A stretch of DNA of 56,825 bases, the filler included, from Sluysia triapertura (Eukaryota), in assembly GCA_046118255.1 (NCBI GenBank). It is 4 parts of 4 records of this genome, joined end to end, with 100 filler letters (N's around TTAATTAATTAA, not from the genome) between each part and the next. Parts side by side here need not be neighbours in the genome. Positions count along the whole stretch, not along the records: positions 45,149 to 56,825 come from JBJNIA010180917.1; 3 more parts are not named here. The stretch is one strand, 5' to 3'. The first letter of the stretch is position 1. The number at the start of each line of letters is the position of its first letter. The notes beneath the pieces are model-generated. The model did not search any database. It was not told where the DNA came from and saw only the letters and a program-made list of their open reading frames with translations. The translations under genes and the position numbers were made by a program. Shown here in pieces: positions 52,613-56,825 of this stretch.

Positions 52613-52717
52613 ATGAACGGTTCTGAAGAAAATGGAGTTGAAATGCATCCTCTGCCAGAATCAGGAACAGATGTGGATGTGTTACAGAAAAATAATACTG
52701 GGGGATTTAATTTTTAA
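52613..52717 (+). CDS. KPNA3: Importin alpha terminal exon
   Basis: After a 34-bp GT-AG intron (52579-52612) it reads MNGSEENG...NNTGGFNF*, ending in the typical importin-alpha GFNF. Confidence 0.88.
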   Translation: MNGSEENGVEMHPLPESGTDVDVLQKNNTGGFNF

Positions 52718-54884
52718 TTGCAATATTTCTGATGAGATTTTGATGAAACAATTTAAACAGTTTGATTATTGTGATGATGATACCATAATGATGATGGCTT
52801 TATGATGAAAAATTGATGATGATTATGATGTAAAGAGATTGTTTGTGGTGCTTCTCGTTTTTGCCTTTTTATTTTTCATTCGGGATTGGATTATACATTT
52901 ACTGTTAGGCCTTATACTAAAAATAACCTGCAAAACGTAATCAACACAAACAAACAAAAAATGCTTGGTACTTAGTGATGCATTTATTTGATTGTATAAT
53001 TGTGTCCGAGTTCTTTCAGATATTTTCTCGTTCTCTTGTAATATCTTTTTTGAGAATAGAATGCTCATGTTTTAAATCCGATCTATTGTTCCTACACAGT
53101 GTTAACATGTAGACATACTTAAAGATGTATGATATATTCAGAAGTTTTGATTTCCATTTATGCTGAATTTCTTTTATTTTATCCGTTGTCTTTCTTTTTT
53201 CATGAATTTTAATCTTTTTTTGTATGATATTTTGTTGCCTGAGTATTATGTCAAGATTAAATGTGTGGTTTGGTGTATTATATAAATGAAAATATATCTA
53301 GGTTAATTTCATTGGATCTGAAATAAAACAAATTAAGTTGCATGATTGTCTTTTAAGTTTTGTTTTGCATAATGCATCAAGCCTTTAGGTAGCGTTGTTA
53401 TATGTGCTGTTAATATACATATATCAAAGTATTGGAAAAGTCTAAATATTTATTTAATATTAATATAAAATTTACATTTCAATTGGTGTAAATATAAATA
53501 ATTTCTATTTAATTCTATTAATATACAGTTTTAAAAGATAAACCTAAATGAAATAATTAAGATTAACAAAATTATACTTTTGGTCGAGGAAACACTTTTA
53601 GCTGAGGCCATATTTTGTATTCTATTTTCTTGTATATTTCAATTAAACAGAATATAGTCCATTTTCTGTACAACAATTCTTTGTGATTTATAAACTGAAT
53701 AGTAAGTTAAAATTGCAGGTTAATTTAATAATATGACAAATACGTGCCCTAATTCGGTGATGTAAATTTAAATCCTTATGTAAAATTCAATATGACTATT
53801 GGAATTTAATGTTTTTAAGGTATGTGGGAATTTTATGTACAATTAATTTTAATGTAAAATGTATGCATTTATAAATAATCTAGATGTAAATGTTGAGTCA
53901 ACTTTTATTTACAATCGTGTAAATGTTTCAATAATTACTTTTATAATACCTGCGAAGTTCAATAGATGAAATCTATTACTTTTCTTAAAAGTAATATTTA
54001 AGAAAAGTTTATCGATGAAATTTAGAAAATTAATAGAATACTTTCCAAGGAATAAATGGCATTACTTCAGAAATACCTTATTAAAATTATTGTATTTTCA
54101 GGTAATTACAAACACTAAAATAAAAACTTCAAGAAAGTAAGCCATTCAAAACGAAAATGATTTACTATAAAAATTTCAATTTCTATAATAAAATAAGTTT
54201 CCAAAAAAAGAAAATAGTTACGATGAAACCAAAAATTCTGGAATTTCCATTGATTTTGATTGGTTGATGACTAGTGTATTCGCTGGCATCATAATCGTTT
54301 AAAATCTAAATTTAATAACACAACTTTGTATCATTTTATTTTAACACAATAAGATTTATTTATTATTAGCCATTTTGAAAATTGAAAAAAATTCGTGTTA
54401 GTAAGTTATTTAATTTATAAGGTAATTTTGACTCGGAGTCGAAATTTTAAAATCCACTTAAATCATTATTTTAATACATTTTTCTCAATCTCGATTTAGT
54501 GAAGAAAAATTCATATTTAAAATCTTTAAAACTTAAATTAAATATCCAAATGGCTTTAATTTTAAGTTAATTATTTTCATCGCTTTCTATTACATAACTT
54601 ATAGCTGTTATATTGAGTTCTTTATTTGTAAAATTTTGTTTAATATAACTTAAAATTCGACTTTTATTTTAAAGTTGTTTTTTTGTGACAGAGTTGAAAT
54701 AAGTAAGTAATTTAAAAATTAATAGAAATTAGGTAGATCTATGCATATCTAGGCTTAAACTGAGAAATTAAAGGTATGCGTACTCCATGACCCTATGATT
54801 GACAATTGTTTATATATATTAAATTTTGAGCATTTAAACATTCATATTGATTATTTTCAAGTTCTTATATTAAAAATACTTTAA

Positions 54885-55026
54885 TAGGTTCGCTACTAGC
54901 GTCGCATATATGTGACGTCGAAAATGTGTAATGTGACTAACTTATCAGTTTTCGATATTTTTTATCCAATGCCGTTTAAAGCCATTTCACATCCATGAGA
55001 TGTTAATATATCCGGTAGCGAATATG
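54885..55026. mobile_element. piggyBac-like MITE
   Basis: TTAA|TAGGTTCGCTAC ... GTAGCGAATATG|TTAA. Confidence 0.55.
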
Positions 55027-56825
55027 TTAAATATAACTTAGAAAGTAAAACAATAGTAGATCGTACATTGTATTTAAAAATGGGAGAAATACAAACCATT
55101 TATAACAAAGTCTAAGGAGACGAATTTTCTGATTTATATATCTGTTTGGGAGTTTACCTTGTTCTGTAATCATGAAATCTTTTCTTTATGTGTTTATATT
55201 GAAGGTGTACAAAAAGTATACAAAAAAAACTTTTCACAAAATTATCATTTGTATTAACTAACTATCTAATACACTGCATTCTCACCTGATGTCACCATTT
55301 CTTCTTCGTCATTTTGTTCTTGTCATCATCACCTTCGTCTTCAATAATTTACTCTTTCCTAACTTTCTTAGGTAATACATGCTGCTAGCATACCGCCCAT
55401 TTTTTGAATCAATTAGGACAATTAAGGCAAAAATTTAACATTATAATATAGTTATGTTAGTGATAATGATGATAGGGACAGGGACTGCGACATGAATAAA
55501 ATTTATTTTAATATTGAAAATGATCATTATGATTTTAATGTTAGTAATTTCGATGCAAAATTTGTAATTTGTGTTGGATCTAGTAAGATGATAATGTAGA
55601 GCATGAATTTAATGTAGATGAACGGTACAAGATTACTAGAGATGACTGGGACACCACAGTAAAAATGTGTGAAAAATAAAAGTATGTATCCATAATTTAA
55701 ATAATTTTAAAATATTATTTTTTAATAATATTATTCAATATTTTATTTAAACGCTAAACATCACTATTTAAATATCGCTTATTTAAACATCACTCATAGA
55801 GTAAATTTTATTTTAAAGCATTTATGTGAGTTTATCTCTAATCAAGAGGTCAGATTAATTTTATAAATATATACTTATTGTTTGGATTAACAACAGTTGA
55901 GTAAGAAATGAGTAAGGAAAATGTGGAATTAAAAAATACAGGAAAAAGTGAAATAAAATAATGGTAAAACATAAAACATTGTTGAAGAAGGAATGATAAA
56001 GACAAAGCCACCTGTAATCATTTTGAAAATCGAAAAGGCCTTCGAGTTCCAAAGCTTCTTTTAAGGTGTTCAGACCATTGAGATGGGCTTGAAAAACGTT
56101 TTGAAGCATAAAGTACAATTGAATTTGTGTACCTTAAAACATTTGACATCATATCAATCTTTAAGAATCCTTGAAACAAATTAGATACACACAGACCTTG
56201 ACTTTAGAGCATTTGTAAACTTAAGTAAAAATTAAGATATTTTCCTTCAGTGAAATCCTTTCAAATATAGAAAAAATCTAACGGCTAGCCCTAACTGGTA
56301 AGCCTGGTACGTTGGTGAATTCATGTTAAAATCCTACTTTATTCTATCTTATCTCTACTTATTACCACATAATTTATAATTTGTATAAAATTTCTTTTTA
56401 TGTGAATGAATAATTATTTTTATTATAATAAATTTAAAATAAAATAAATTTTAATTTAAAATAAAATTTAAATTTTAAAAATATAAATTCTAAAATTGCA
56501 TAAAATTTCTTTATTAAAATTTTAAAATGCGAATTTTAATAAAATAAAATTTTGTTTAAATAAATCAAAATTATTTATTTATTTTTCTTTAAATGAATCA
56601 ATTTAATAAATAGAAGACATCAATTTTATATAAATAGGTAAGTTTCTAACATAAAAACACAAATTTTTAGACCAAATTTTTATAAAGTTCTTTCGGAGAA
56701 AATTTCAGATTGTTCTTAATCGATAGTGTAATAAACTTATAAAATCATTCTGTTGGGGCAAAAAGGCCTAAAAAGTGCCAAGTAGTATAATTGAATATAT
56801 TGAAAATGAAAAAGTTAGACGGGGC

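Noticed and set aside
52729-52752. Hammerhead-like CTGATGA...GAAA
   Set aside because: No stem II, or stems I/III with an NUH site, can be formed. The other CTGATGA sites I checked also fail.

Overview
Very AT-rich, repeat-dominated animal (probably invertebrate) nuclear DNA with GT-AG introns, one only 34 bp. It is not prokaryotic. Three 100-bp N-TTAATTAATTAA-N spacers (15393-15492, 29541-29640, 45049-45148) are artificial joins, so adjacency across them is unproven. Host-gene pieces I recognise: a class A neuropeptide GPCR exon (TM6-7), two phase-compatible BRF1-like exons, a STARD7/PCTP-like exon, the last two exons of an importin alpha-3/4, and isolated or degraded fragments of MAPK, ALDH8A1-like, THOC2 and E(z)/EZH2. 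Mobile DNA includes mariner, a second Tc1/mariner, a plant-type DD39D mariner, hAT, L2-like LINE remnants, piggyBac-like MITEs and solo-LTR-like repeats. The most notable signal is an unclassified repeated element. It has a TGTGGTGGCCAACC terminus, a CA-rich tract, a double-hairpin module and a degenerate ORF with an atypical C-x9-C-x6-C-x3-H TIS11-like zinc finger. Different copies carry different host-gene fragments (MAPK, the E(z) N-terminal half). All homology calls come from manual translation and recall, not from database searches.
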